Shown piece after piece: positions 29,984 through 43,375 of a stretch of 64,000 bases of DNA (its first letter is position 1; each line of letters opens with the position of its first letter). The DNA is from Octopus vulgaris. Taxonomy: Eukaryota. The notes below the pieces were generated by a model. That model had not been told where the DNA came from and searched no databases. It worked only from the letters and a program-made list of their open reading frames with translations. The position numbers and the translations under genes were made by a program. Location of the stretch: contig OX597826.1 in assembly GCA_951406725.2 (NCBI GenBank), positions 41,416,001 through 41,480,000 on the forward strand. Direction: 5' to 3'.

Positions 29984-30225
29984 CAATTGCAGCGTGGAAG
30001 ATGTTTATAAGCCATTTAAGAAACGCACAAAACCGTTAGATTCACTTCAACATTTAAATTTAATTGGCCAAAATATGTTCGTCGCTTTGAGACCGCGACC
30101 TGTTCACTGACAAAATTTTATAAGCCATCTATGGCTTATAAACACCTTCCACGCTGCAATTGTTTTCGTTCCAGCGCACGATCTCAGACCAGATCACTTG
30201 CTATGCAAGCACATCTTCGTAATAC
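29982..30225. mobile_element. PLE-type fragment with inverted terminal segment and variant hammerhead
   Basis: 29982-30014 is an inverted repeat of 30131-30164. There is a fold-back ttataagccat-ct-atggcttataa, and a hammerhead-like motif at 30064-30114(-). Confidence 0.6.
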
Positions 30226-30358
30226 ACACACTTACTCACTCACTCACACACACGCACACAAACTCGGTCACTTATTCACAAATCTCTGGAATCGTCTTGG
30301 CTCGAAGAAAGAAATCCTGTCATCAAGTTTGTTTAGATAATTTTCGAAGAAAACACAT

Positions 30359-30615
30359 TCTTTTATTCTTTTATTCTTTTACTTGTTTCAGTCATTTGCC
30401 TGCGGCCATGTTGGAGCACCGCCTTTAGTCGAGCAAATCGGCTCCAGGGACTTATTCTTTGTAAGCCTAGTACTTATTCTATCTTTTTTGTGAATCGCCA
30501 AGTTACGGGGACGCAAACACAACCGCATCGGTTGTCAAGCAATGGTGGGGTACAAACACAGACACACAAACACATACACACATACATATATACAAATATA
30601 CATATACATATACAT

Positions 30616-30689
<74 letters not shown>

Positions 30690-30850
30690 GACGAGCTTCT
30701 TTCAGTTCCCGTCTGCCAATCCACTCACAAGGCTTTGGTCGGCCCGAGGCTATAGTAGAAGACACTTGCTCAAGGTTCCACGCAGTGGGACTGAACCCGG
30801 AACCATGTGGTTGGGAAGCAAGCTTCTTACCACGCAGTCACACCTGCGAC
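30359..30850 (-). mobile_element. SINE family B with internal (AT)/(CA) expansion
   Basis: Complete family B sequence. Confidence 0.9.
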
Positions 30851-31626
30851 TACATAATTATATTACATTAGTATCGAATATATCGATATGCTTTTAATCT
30901 GTATAAACATTTAATATTCAATAGTTAAGCGTTGTTAACAGAGTCTAAAACAATTTACAGTGGATTAACGCATCTTCCACCCGGTACCCGGTTTGCCGGG
31001 GAATTAAGTCCTCGTAAAGTAGATTCAATGAACTATGACGTTAATGAATTTGTTCTCTACTGATTATTTACTTTAATTAATATCTGATTACTTTATTGTG
31101 CAAGTCATTATACACATGTAAGACATCGAATTGCTCGGATACTCATTAAAGCATTAATTACACTGAACACATTGTACATTGACGTCATTGGTGACGTATT
31201 GGAAGTTACTTGAGGATAATGCCATCTTTAGGGTTTAACGCTTAGAGGGTCCGAAGGCCGAGAGTTAGTGGAATCGGAAAGTATAGCGTTGTTGTTGTTA
31301 CTATTGTTATTCACGTTGTTGTTACTGCAGGTGATGTCCTTGTATTTGTTGATGATGATAGTCTTGTTGTTGCTATTGATGTTGCTAGTGGTGATGGTGA
31401 TGTTGATGATGTTGTTATTGTAGTTGTTGACGTATTTCTTGATGATATACGTGTGAGTGTATGTATTTATGTATGCATGCATGCATGCGTGTATGTATGC
31501 CTGCATATATATAGACACACACACACATACTTATATATATGTATATATATACATTCACATATATACTCGATGAAGTTACTACACAAAGCTGCCTAATTAT
31601 TAAGAGTAATTTTAAATAATGTCATA

Positions 31627-31773
31627 TAGGAGTGGCTGTATGGTAAGTAACTTGCTTACCAACCATATGGGTCTGGTTCAGTCCCACTGCGTGGCACCTT
31701 GGGCAAGTGTCTTCTACTATAGCCTCGGGCCGACCAAAGCCTTGTGAGTGGATTTGGTACACGGAAACTGAAA

Positions 31774-31855
<82 letters not shown>

Positions 31856-32085
31856 TATGTATGTGTGTGTATACGTTTGTGTCTGTGTTTGTCCCTCCAA
31901 CATCGCTTGACAACTGATGCTGGTGTATTTACGTCCCCGTAACTTAGCGGTTCGGTAAAAGAGAGCGATAGAATAAGTACTAGGCTTACAAAGAATAAGT
32001 CTTAGTGTCGATTTGCTCGACTAAAGGCGGGGCTCCAGCATGGCCGCAGTCAAATGACTGAAACAAGTAAAAGAGTAAAAGAGAA
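31627..32085 (+). mobile_element. SINE family B with internal (AT)n
   Basis: aggagtggctgtatggtaagtaac...ggttcagtccc...gaaacaagtaaaagagtaaaagag. Confidence 0.9.
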
Positions 32086-32172
32086 TACGAAACTTGCTTA
32101 ACGCTGGTGTGGGAAGCAGGAACATACGTTGTGATATACTACTAAATACTGTCAATTTCCATCCTTATGCTG

Positions 32173-32320
32173 TGAGCTGGCAGAATCGTTAGTACGCCGG
32201 GGAAAATACTTAGCGGTATTCCGTCCTTAGGTTCTGAGTTCAAATTCCGCCGAGGTCGACTTTGCCTTTCATCCTTTCGGGGTCGATAAATTAAGTACCA
32301 GTCAAAGTAATGGGGTTGAG
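32173..32320 (+). mobile_element. SINE family A, 3'-truncated
   Basis: gagctggcagaatcgttag...gagttcaaattccgccgaggtcgac. Confidence 0.85.
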
Positions 32321-32391
32321 TCTTTGTTCGAACTTGCTGTGTTTAAGAAATGGTCTTACATGCTCACGAATTGATTTCCACTATATTAGTC

Positions 32392-32424
<33 letters not shown>

Positions 32425-32437
32425 ATGTATGTATATA

Positions 32438-33025
<588 letters not shown>

Positions 33026-33029
33026 TATA

Positions 33030-33110
<81 letters not shown>

Positions 33111-33379
33111 GTTGAGTAAAAAGTAAGCAGCGTTTTGAACCATGGATAATTTGTATCCGATCTAAATATTTGATATGACGCCTGTCTATATGGAGCTGAC
33201 TCGCTCCCCATGGGGAGGAAGGATTGTGTAAGAAATGGTCTTTTATAACAGAAAGATGTGCCACTATGAGGGAGTGAGTAAGGATTAAGTGGTCAGTATG
33301 GTGCTGTGCTAAGAAGAATTACTGTCTGGTGTTGGAGTGTATTTTTAACCAACGATCCGTGCAAGTAGTGACGGGCGGT

Positions 33380-33720
33380 TTTTAAATTATGTGTAATTGA
33401 AATTTTGTCAAGAAAAATTTGTTCAAGCGGATATTTCCGATCTCTTGTTCAACAAATCGAAGTGATTATTGGACTGTCTGAATATAGGTTTTCAGTTAAG
33501 ACGATGCTCCAACTTATCGGGATCTTGTTAATTTCATTATCCTACAGATTCAGGTGTAGCAAAATACAAAGTCAGAGTTCATCCAAACTCTGGTTTTATT
33601 TCTGCCAATATCTCTTACAGGAGTGAAAATGTTCTCTGAGGTATTGCAATGAGTCGTTCGGAATACCATGGGAATACTTTGTCTTTTTGTTTAGGGAGTC
33701 AAGATTAGGGAAGTCTTCAG
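33380..33720 (-). pseudogene. Degraded PLE GIY-YIG fragment
   Basis: KTKYSH.., INKIPISWSIV..NLYS and ..SIC resemble the endonuclease at 38116. Confidence 0.5.
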
Positions 33721-34118
33721 GGTGGACCTGATTCCTCTCCAGCAGGCGGATATCGACTGCACTCAGATATCTTTGATGTGTTGTAAGTGAAGGGAAACGA
33801 AATAATTTAATCAGCAATCAATCTACAACGCAAACTCGTTTGTTTTTTATGTTACCCCCTTTTTTTTGAGGAAGGGTAGCGGTGGTAATCCTTTGGTAAT
33901 CCGTTTTCTCGCGGACTTCAAGAAGAAAGGTATAAGAAAGGGACGAAAAAATATTAGTTAATTTTATGATTAACAAAGGCTCGCTAGAGGCAAGTGGTGC
34001 TCAAGTCATTTCCAGATCCATCATAAACACTTGTAGACCTTCATAAATTCATCTTCTGGATGAAGTGGCGTTGGCGTATGCTGCTACATCTTTATAGTCC
34101 ATCCTCAAATTTCCTCCC

Positions 34119-34480
34119 TAACAAGCTTCACTTACAAGGCTGGGGTTGACCAGAGGGTTTGATAGGCGACACTTGCCGAAGGTGCTATGCAGTGGAACCG
34201 GACTTGGTGTCATGTTATTGTGAAGCGGACTTCCAAACCATGCTGTCATACCTTTGCCAGAACTGGAAGGTTGCAGCTTCCTTACAATATTAATAACATG
34301 CAGAGCAAAATGTTTAGCGACATTTCGTCCGTCTTTGCGTTCTGCGTTCGAATTCCACCGAGGTAGACTTTGCCTTTCATCCTTTCGGGGTCGGAAAAGT
34401 AAGTACCAGTCAAAAACTGGGATCGATGTAATCGATTTACCTCTCCCCCGAAATTGCTGGCCTTGCACCAAAGTTTGAAT
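34119..34480. mobile_element. SINE B 5' part (-, 34119-34250) head-to-head with SINE A (+, 34285-34480)
   Basis: Family motifs are recognisable on opposite strands. Confidence 0.75.
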
Positions 34481-34866
34481 TCTTTGTTGCTTAAGACTAT
34501 CGAATTACACGTCGGAAACAATGGTGCATCATGTAAACATATTTTCTGCTCTGTTTATTAATTCTTCATAAGAAATCAGAATAATTGCACCGTACTGAAA
34601 TAGTCTTGAGAATAACTGAAACTAAAATTAGTATTTTTTCTTCTCTGTTCTATGAAAATATTCCATCAAAACTTTTAATAGACACGAAAGGAAGTGGTGG
34701 CAACAACAATATTTCTTTATTTTTGATACGCTAAAAAGTAAGAGTTCTTATATATAAAAAGAAGCAGAAAAAATGCTATTTAGTTAACTTCCATGAAGCT
34801 ATCAACTATTTGTATTTCATCATTCCTTGGGAATTTTGGTGCCAAAATAATTCTCCGACTCTACTT

Positions 34867-34927
<61 letters not shown>

Positions 34928-36287
34928 ATTTAAAAATATAATTTGCTGATTTCAACCGTCTATGCTTGCTGTAATGCTGTAATTATATACAAGAAATATT
35001 TTTAAATTCACCATTTCGACTATAAAGAGAAAGCAAGAAAGAGTATTATATAAATAAAAAAGAAAAAGTGCAATATATAAGAATTTCAATATATTTTTTA
35101 CTATGTGTTATATTTAAAAACACACAACGCGAAAGTTACGTAAATCATATATAAGAGACAGAACATAGCTATTTTGAAAGATTTTATTAGAAGACTTTAC
35201 AATACATAGAGGTAAAAATATACCTCTGCAGCTTACATGATAGAACGTAAAGAGCAGAGCTGAGGCAAAAGGGCGTAGAAGAGAGGTAAGTACACCACAA
35301 GCAAAAAAGCAAAAAAAAAAAAGAGCATCTCTTTTCAAACCACAATTCCAATAACACATTTCACGTATTTTACATGTCATTTATGCTCTAGAGCGATGCA
35401 TGAATGTGATAAACTCCCATTTATTCTTTTCGCTAGCTTGCAATGTCAAGTTCAATACCCAATGTACAACTGAAGCTGGGTGAATCTAGCATATAAGGCA
35501 TTGCTCTATGGTTTAGAAGTTTTCTTCGCAACTATGTTGTTACAGGTTCGATTTTACTGCGTAAAACATTAAGCAAATGCCTTTTACTATTGCCAATGCC
35601 TTGTGAATAGAGTTTGGTAGACGGAAGTTGTACATAATCCACGCACAGACGAACACACACGAACGCGCGCGTATTCGTTATTGGCAGATGGAAGCAGTAT
35701 TAGTACCGACTAGCAATCTTTATATCTTACTTAGCGCGGATATACTAAATGAAAGCCACAATATTGCGGCATTCGTCCTGAGAAGGTATATCATATAGAC
35801 GTATAGTGCTAACCTCTCTTGTTCTATATATCAGTACAAGGGAAATTTGTCTAAGTATGCGGTGATAGTGGATACTTGCTACTGATTATGCGCAAATGCG
35901 CAAAAATCACGTGATATAGCAATTTTAATATCACTGCTGGACACTTTTCTCTTCTACTGATACTTCTGTGCTTTTTGGTACTATACGTTTATACAAGATG
36001 TCTTCTCGAGACGAAGACCACAGTATTGTGATCTTTTAGTATATCTACAGCAAGATATACGGATTGCTCTCTCTCTGTCTTTCAGTCTTACTGTCTCTCT
36101 CTGTCTGCCTCTCTCTTTCTGTCTCTCTTGATCACGCGGGTGGGAAGGGACTGGTGACACAAGCTTTCATTCATACTTTGAATTTGGTGATACTAGCTGT
36201 GGCTTCTAGCTCGCTCTGATACTGAGTTGAGTTGGTGCCTTCTAGTATCTCAAAATTCAATATTCAATCATTCATGATTGTTAGTAT

Positions 36288-36379
36288 CCTGCGCTGATGA
36301 AAGAAGAAGTCTGGGTAAAGTAGAGTTATCTAATTCTTATGCTTTCCTAAGACTTGATCTCGAAACGTACGTCCGTAGG
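36288..36379 (+). ncRNA. Type I hammerhead ribozyme, canonical core, GUC cleavage site
   Basis: Helix I CCTGCG/CGTAGG; CTGATGA 36294-300; 61-nt helix II hairpin; GAAA 36362-65; palindromic ACGTACGT helix III; GTC 36371-73. Confidence 0.85.
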
Positions 36380-36692
36380 TGACTTAAAACTGTATGATAG
36401 ATTGCCGTTAATTCATTCTCTTTTACCTGTTTGTGTTTGCCTTTCAAATGCTGTGCCTTTACTGTGATCTCCCTTTTAGTAGAAGAAATAGCTATAATCT
36501 CTTTGACTGCTATTTCTAAATTCGGTGTGTGGTAAGGCAATTCGTTGCTAAACCCTTAATTGCTTAGTATTACTTAAATTTTCCTCGAATGAGGCTTTTA
36601 CATGCCGAAGACTACTTGGTGTAATTGATAATTGTTCCAAATTAATTAATTTCACCCTTCATTTTTACTCATAAACTATATATATATATATA

Positions 36693-36999
36693 TCACCGTG
36701 ATCACCGTGACCGACCAGGCTATCAGATGTTGCTACACATCGCTGGCACAATGCGCTTCGCATTGTTTTAGCCTTCAACTGACGCCACCCCGCTGGCTAA
36801 GCGAGCAGGCCAACAGAAGAAGGAGTGAAAGAAAGTTGTGGCGAAAGAGTACAGCAGGTATCGCCACCCCCTCTGGCGGAGCCCCGTGGAGCTGTAGGTG
36901 TTTTCGCTCAATAAACACAAACAACGCCCGGTCTGGTAATCGAAACAGCGATCCTCCGACCGCGAGTCCGCTGCCCTAACCACTGGGCCATTGCGTCTC

Positions 37000-37002
<3 letters not shown>
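36693..37002 (-). mobile_element. SINE family C (tail type Y)
   Basis: Full head with A/B boxes and a ..ggtcacggtgatcacggtga end. Confidence 0.9.
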
Positions 37003-37045
<43 letters not shown>

Positions 37046-37289
37046 CACCCACACAGAAGCACACACACACATAAATACAAACCTTTGTATGTGTGTTTGT
37101 GTTTATGTATGTCCTTAGAGTATGACCTGTATGTAAAATTGATAAATAAGAGCCATAGAACAAATATCAGACTTGAATAATTATTGTGGAAAATATGATC
37201 GACTGAAACATCTTCACGACAGAGTCCCATACTTAAAATTTTAAAAAAGTAATAGTATTTAGAGGGTACCGTTGAACTCTACCACTTTC

Positions 37290-38070
37290 GCTCATTTAAA
37301 CAACAAACCCTGTTAACTCTGTACCAAAGATTCTTATAAAATTCTCTTATTTAAACAACGTACACTGCCAACTGTGTACCAAAGAATCCTCGTATATGCT
37401 CATATTTGATTAGCAAACCCTTCTAAATTTGTACTGAAGCAACTTACAAACTGAATCGATGAGTTCAGCCATATCTACTTTGTCTGTATATCCAACCATA
37501 TTCTGTTACTTAAACGACAAACCCTGCTTATGAATACTACGATATTCTCTTATTGAGACAACAGACTCTGTCAACACTCTAACGAATACAGCAATATTTT
37601 CCTTTTTAAACAAAAAAACCTTGCCAACTCTGTACCGAAGAATCCTAAAATATTCACTTATTTAAGCAACAAAACCGCCAAGTCTCTACAGCTGAATCTT
37701 GTAATATTTATTTATATAAACAACAAAGCTTTCTAACTAAAGAAATGTATCCAACACTGTAGAGTTGAATCTTACTGCATACTTTCACTTAAGTCTCATC
37801 CATGCTAACAATATACTAATGAATCTTGTTATATTCTTTTATTTAAAGAACAAACCCTGCTAATTTAGTACCAAAAAATCCTTAAGTAATCTCTTATTTA
37901 AAAAGGTAAACCCTGCTAACGTTGTACCGATGCATCCAACCATATTCTATTATTAAAAAGAAAACAGTCCCTGTCTACTCTGTACCTAAGAATGCTGTAT
38001 ATTCTCTCATTTAAACTTTACACCCTGTTAACTCTGTACTAAAGTATCGTGCAACATTCTCATGTTTAAA
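37290..38070. repeat. Diverged ~55-bp minisatellite, roughly 14 units
   Basis: The unit ~atttaaacaacaaaccctgccaactctgtaccaaagaatcct..aatattctctt recurs at 37294, 37349, 37404 and onward. Confidence 0.8.
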
Positions 38071-38115
38071 CTCACAGTTAATAAGCAACACTTCCAAATC
38101 TGATCGCTAAATTAG

Positions 38116-38520
38116 TGCCCGCTAAATGGAGCTTGTATGACCGAGGCCATCATTTATGAAGCCAACGTAGACTCTACAACCACTAAGGACATAGCTTCGT
38201 CAAAGAAATATGTGGGTCTCACAGGGGGGGAATTTTAAAGCCAAGTTCAACAATCACACCTTAAGCTTCAGACGCTGGGATAAAAGGAAAACAACCAAAT
38301 TATCCAGTTATATATGGTCCTTAAAAGAAAATGGTGTCAGCTATAAGATTCACTGGAAGATCTTGGCCAAGTGTAAGCCTTACACCAGTGGCAGAAGAAA
38401 GTGTTGTCTTTGCGATATGGAAAGATGGCTTATCTGGAAAAGTTCTTTAGACTCCGCTACATGTCTAAATTCAAGAACTGAACTTTTTGGTTCATGTCCA
38501 CATATAGCAAAACATTTTGC
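38116..38520 (+). pseudogene. Penelope-like GIY-YIG endonuclease (Naiad-like C-terminus), frameshifted
   Basis: CPLNGAC..IIYEA..YVGLT, then a frameshift in a G run, then FKAKFNNH..SF..TKLSSYIWSLK..IHWKIL..CCLC..E..LNSRTEL..CPH. Confidence 0.85.
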
Positions 38521-39226
38521 TATGTTTTTGGACCTCCCAAAATCACAGATAGAACCTGCTTTTTATATTATGTTCACGTACAAGCTTCATGTCTTAACAT
38601 CTCTTCTATATTTCTTATATATATTTTATTACTTTATATATTTTTTCTGTATATTATTTTTCACCCTTTATAATTGTATAACTTATACGCGTGTAGTATA
38701 TAGCTAATGTGTATGTGCGTGCGTATATACATGTGTACGAATGATTGTATATATACGAGTGCAAGACTCTACCTGTTGTACTTGTCTCCTTCCTTCATAC
38801 ATATATGTATGTATATAAGTTTATATATCTGCAGAGATGTGTATATGAACATAATGATGCGTGCGTTTTTGCGTATGTATTTTTATTTGTATATACGTGT
38901 TCCGCGTATGTATGTGAGTGTGCGTGTAGAGATGTATATATGAGCGTAGAGATGTGCATGGGTATATATGCGTGTGTATGTGCGTGTATGCGTAGACATA
39001 TATACGTATATAATATATGTGTGTTTGTATGCATATGTAGACGCGTGTGTGAGTATGCATATAGATAGGTATACATAGATGTGTGTGTGTGTGTGTGTTT
39101 GTGTGCGTACACGTATGTGTGTGTGTGAATATATGTGCATAAGCTGATTCTATGAATGAAGTATTACTTTCACCATACCTATTGGAGTAATTTCTCTTTA
39201 TTCAATGGGTTTTTTTCCAAAGCGCA

Positions 39227-39301
39227 TTGTCTTAGTAACTGATGAGTTGCCGGAGCAGACTTCAGCTCCGGTATTCGAAACTCTGAGTTTTATTATGACA
39301 A
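39227..39301 (+). ncRNA. Type I hammerhead ribozyme in a PLE pLTR, GUU site
   Basis: Helix I TTGTCTTAGTAA/TTATTATGACAA (11 of 12 pairs); CTGATGA 39239-45; helix II TGCCGGAGC/GCTCCGGTA; GAAA 39277-80; near-palindrome ACTCTGAGT. Confidence 0.85.
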
Positions 39302-39386
39302 CCAACTAATTGTCACATATATTTATAGATAAATTCCTCTATTTTACATAATATCGAGGTCTTATTCATTCTTCAATTGTCATATA

Positions 39387-39500
<114 letters not shown>

Positions 39501-40148
39501 GTTGTTATTATTAATATATATAAATCGCTAAGCTTTGATATACTAAATAGTTACAATATATACAACGATGTGTAAAAATTTATGGAATTTTCTAAATTAT
39601 TTAGGATTATCAAATATGTCACCCATCCTACTCTACATGTATATATTTATATATCCTCATACATACATACGTGTCTATATAAACACATACATATTTACAT
39701 ATATATATATTCATACACACACACACACACACATACGTGTGCGTGCATTCATTTTGGAAAAGTTAATTTGCATTATGCTATTGTCCAGACAGACGATATG
39801 TTTGACGTCTGCTTTATAACTGACGCCATAGTAAGACATCGACAGAGGTGAGCGTAGAGAGACTGTAAGTCGTCGTAATTCGTGAAAAGAATAATTTTTT
39901 TCCTTCCCATTTTAACTATTAATAAACCAATTTTCGCAAGGTGTATCCCTTTCATTGAGTAGTTTCTTGTACTTTTGTCAAACGGTCGCGATGTTTCTGT
40001 TACAGAGTGCTTCTTCTTGGTGGTATTTGCTGGGTCAACAACATAGGATTGCCATTTTACGTGACAAATCACTTGAGGAGGTTACTAAGTACGGGACTCG
40101 GTCAGTCATCCAGTTTTTCTACTTGTCTTTATCTACCTGATGACACCA

Positions 40149-40211
<63 letters not shown>

Positions 40212-40337
40212 GGCCGTACACATATTCACGCATACACCTGAGTGTGTGAGGTTTGTGCATGAGCATGTGTAAGAGTGTAAGTGTTCGTGTATATATATAT
40301 GTTCACATACATATATATATATATGTGTAGATACATA

Positions 40338-40403
<66 letters not shown>

Positions 40404-40522
40404 CAAATAAGAAAATGGAGAAACAATTTAGTTGGTTCATCAGCTGTAGGATATATATAAATTTATATACACGCAATATAAATATATAAATAGAAACAGA
40501 AATATTTCTATTTATATAGTTA

Positions 40523-40561
<39 letters not shown>

Positions 40562-40562
40562 G

Positions 40563-40607
<45 letters not shown>

Positions 40608-40639
40608 CAGCATAAATATTTTTGCAAATATATTCATAT

Positions 40640-41155
40640 ATGTATTTATATACTTAAATGTAGATGTATGTATTTATTTATAACTAACAGTACAATGTGC
40701 ATATCTATCTGTGTATGTATATATATATTAAGATAAAACTTACTTAGAAGTGGATGCGTGCGTTCTATCATATAATAACAAAATAATAAATAAAAATATG
40801 CATATATACATACATATATGTACGTACCTACATCTATATGTATATATACATGCATATATGGGTACAGGACACCCCCCCCAAAAAAAAAGACGTCGAAAAC
40901 ATAAACACAAAACCAAGGAAATGGACATTTTTCGTAACGAAAAAATAGAGTACAAGACATACAACACAAGGAACATTCCTCTTCTTCAGCCGCCTCTGTT
41001 TCATCAACTCCGCGTTTCGAGTGGATTTCCATCCCGGCATCCGAAACTCGGAGTTTTATCATGGCTACCGAATAATTATCACATTTACAGATAAATTCCT
41101 CTATTTACATAATATTGAAGTTTCTTTCATTCTTTTGTTGTCTTACCATTTTTAT

Positions 41156-41160
<5 letters not shown>
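40640..41160. mobile_element. Two PLE-type terminal fragments joined head-to-head at ~41020
   Basis: The minus arm begins CGAAACGCGGAGTT. The plus arm ...CCGGCATCCGAAACTCGGAGTT is homologous to 39270-39385. Confidence 0.6.
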
Positions 41161-41221
<61 letters not shown>

Positions 41222-41262
41222 ATATTGGATAAATGGACCTCAGCCAAGCTGGGTTACCGCTT

Positions 41263-41360
<98 letters not shown>

Positions 41361-41439
41361 AATAATGAAGGGTGAAATTAATTAATTTGGAATAATTATC
41401 AATTACAGGCAATTCGTTGCTAAACCCTTTATTGCTTAG

Positions 41440-41513
<74 letters not shown>

Positions 41514-41723
41514 AAAAATTGTGAAGCATGACTGTCACCACTACTACATGAACCTGAAGATTGCAGAATTTAATGCATGAAAGTACTAGTGCTAGTTCAA
41601 TCAGAATGAACATTTAACATTCTATTATTTTATTTTATTTTATTATATTATATTATATTATATTATATCATTATAAGATTGTAAATAAAACGTAAAAATC
41701 AGACAAGGTTGGAACTCCTTTTA

Positions 41724-41804
<81 letters not shown>

Positions 41805-41808
<4 letters not shown>

Positions 41809-42090
41809 AGGCGCAATGGCCCAGTGGTTAGGGCAGCGGAGTCGCGGTTGTAGGATCGTGGTTTCGATTCCCAGACCGGGCGTTGTGAGTGTTTATTTGA
41901 GCGAAAACACCTAAAGCTCCACGCGGCTCCGGCAGGGGGTGGTGGCGATCCCTGCTGTACTCTTTCGCCACAACTTTCTCTCACTCTTTCTTCTGTTGGC
42001 CTGCTCGCTTAGCCAGCGGGGTGGCGTCATTTTAAGGCTAAAACAATGTGACCAGCGATGTGTAGCAACATCTGATAGCCTGGTCGGTTA
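41805..42090 (+). mobile_element. SINE family C (tail type Y)
   Basis: gtggaggcgcaatggcccagtggttagggcagcgg...ggtttcgattccc. Confidence 0.9.
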
Positions 42091-42092
42091 CC

Positions 42093-42320
42093 GGCGAGCT
42101 GGCAGAAACGTTAACATGCCGGGCGAAATGCTTAGCGGTATTTCGTCTGCCGTTACGCTCTGAGTTCAAATTCCGCCGAGGTCGACTTTGCCTTTCATCC
42201 TTTCGGGGTCGATAAATTAAGTACCAGTTACACACTGGGGTCGATGTAATCGACTTAATCCCTTTGTCTGTCATTGTTTGTCCCCTCTGTGTTTGGCCCC
42301 TTGTGGGTAGTAAAGAAATA
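42093..42320 (+). mobile_element. SINE family A, full length
   Basis: ggcgagctggcagaaacgtta (A box)...gagttcaaattcc (B box). The central gcctttcatcctttcggggtcgataaa resembles the MetaSINE central domain (from recollection, unverified). Confidence 0.9.
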
Positions 42321-43059
42321 GATATATATATATATCATATCATATCAAATCATATTTTAAGGTACCACAAACCGTAAGAGTAAGTGGGTGGAAAATCTTG
42401 ATCATGCTGCTTGTGTACTGGTCGAAAATTCTTAATCTTGCTGTCTTCTCTCAAAATGTTGAATCCTTAGTATACACTCTTTTCGAAATCTTACCAGTAC
42501 AAAAGTGTTTCTTCCACGGAAATAGATTCACACTACATGTAGAGTAATTTGCAATTTCTTAGAAATTCTTCGACATTTTGAAAAATTCTTGAAATCTTTC
42601 AATATCCTATGAATCTTTAGAGCTATCCTTTCCCTATATCATATTTGGTAGCAAACGCTGAAGATGCTAACCCTTGTCCAAAACTATTAGCACATCTCTT
42701 TTGTCGTCATAAATGGAAAAAGAAAACCGATATGTACATTTTAGCCTGTACAAACTTTTGCTTTATTTCATTTAAGTACCTCTCAGTTGTTAATACATAT
42801 CAGTTGTTAGTTGTTCTTGTACAACTTCATTTCTATTTCTTCTTATTTATATTACTCTGCCTTCCTTGTCTTACTCATTCTCATTGGTTTTTCTTAACTT
42901 CCTTGCTCCTTTCCTTCTCCATTCCGTTTCGCACATTATTTCTTACCTTATATTATATTTTATCCTCTTTCACACTCCTCCATCATAAATGTACACTTCT
43001 TCCTTTGAGTTATTGCATCTAATTTATATTCTCTGGTGTTTAAACCAATCGAATGATCT

Positions 43060-43139
43060 TTCTTCCTTCTTTGCTTGTTTGTTTGTTTGTTTCTTTGTTT
43101 GTTTGTTTGTTTCTTTGTTTTTTTCGGTCTCTCTATCGC

Positions 43140-43191
<52 letters not shown>

Positions 43192-43323
43192 TCGTTCTTT
43201 CTTTCGTTCTTTCGTTCGTTCTTTCTTTCTTTCTTTCGTTCTTTCTTTCCTTCCTTCTTTCTTTCTTTCTTTCTTTCTTTCGTTCGTTCTTTCGTTCGTT
43301 CTTTCTTTCTTTCTTTCTTTCGT

Positions 43324-43367
<44 letters not shown>

Positions 43368-43375
43368 TCATTCAT

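Noticed and set aside
37290-38070. Possible CRISPR-like array
   Set aside because: Eukaryotic context, and the units are degenerate along their whole length with no unique spacers.
41805-41880. tRNA-like sequences with A/B boxes (also at 3550-3622, 44901-44966 and others)
   Set aside because: They are SINE heads continuing into shared repeat bodies, not tRNA genes.
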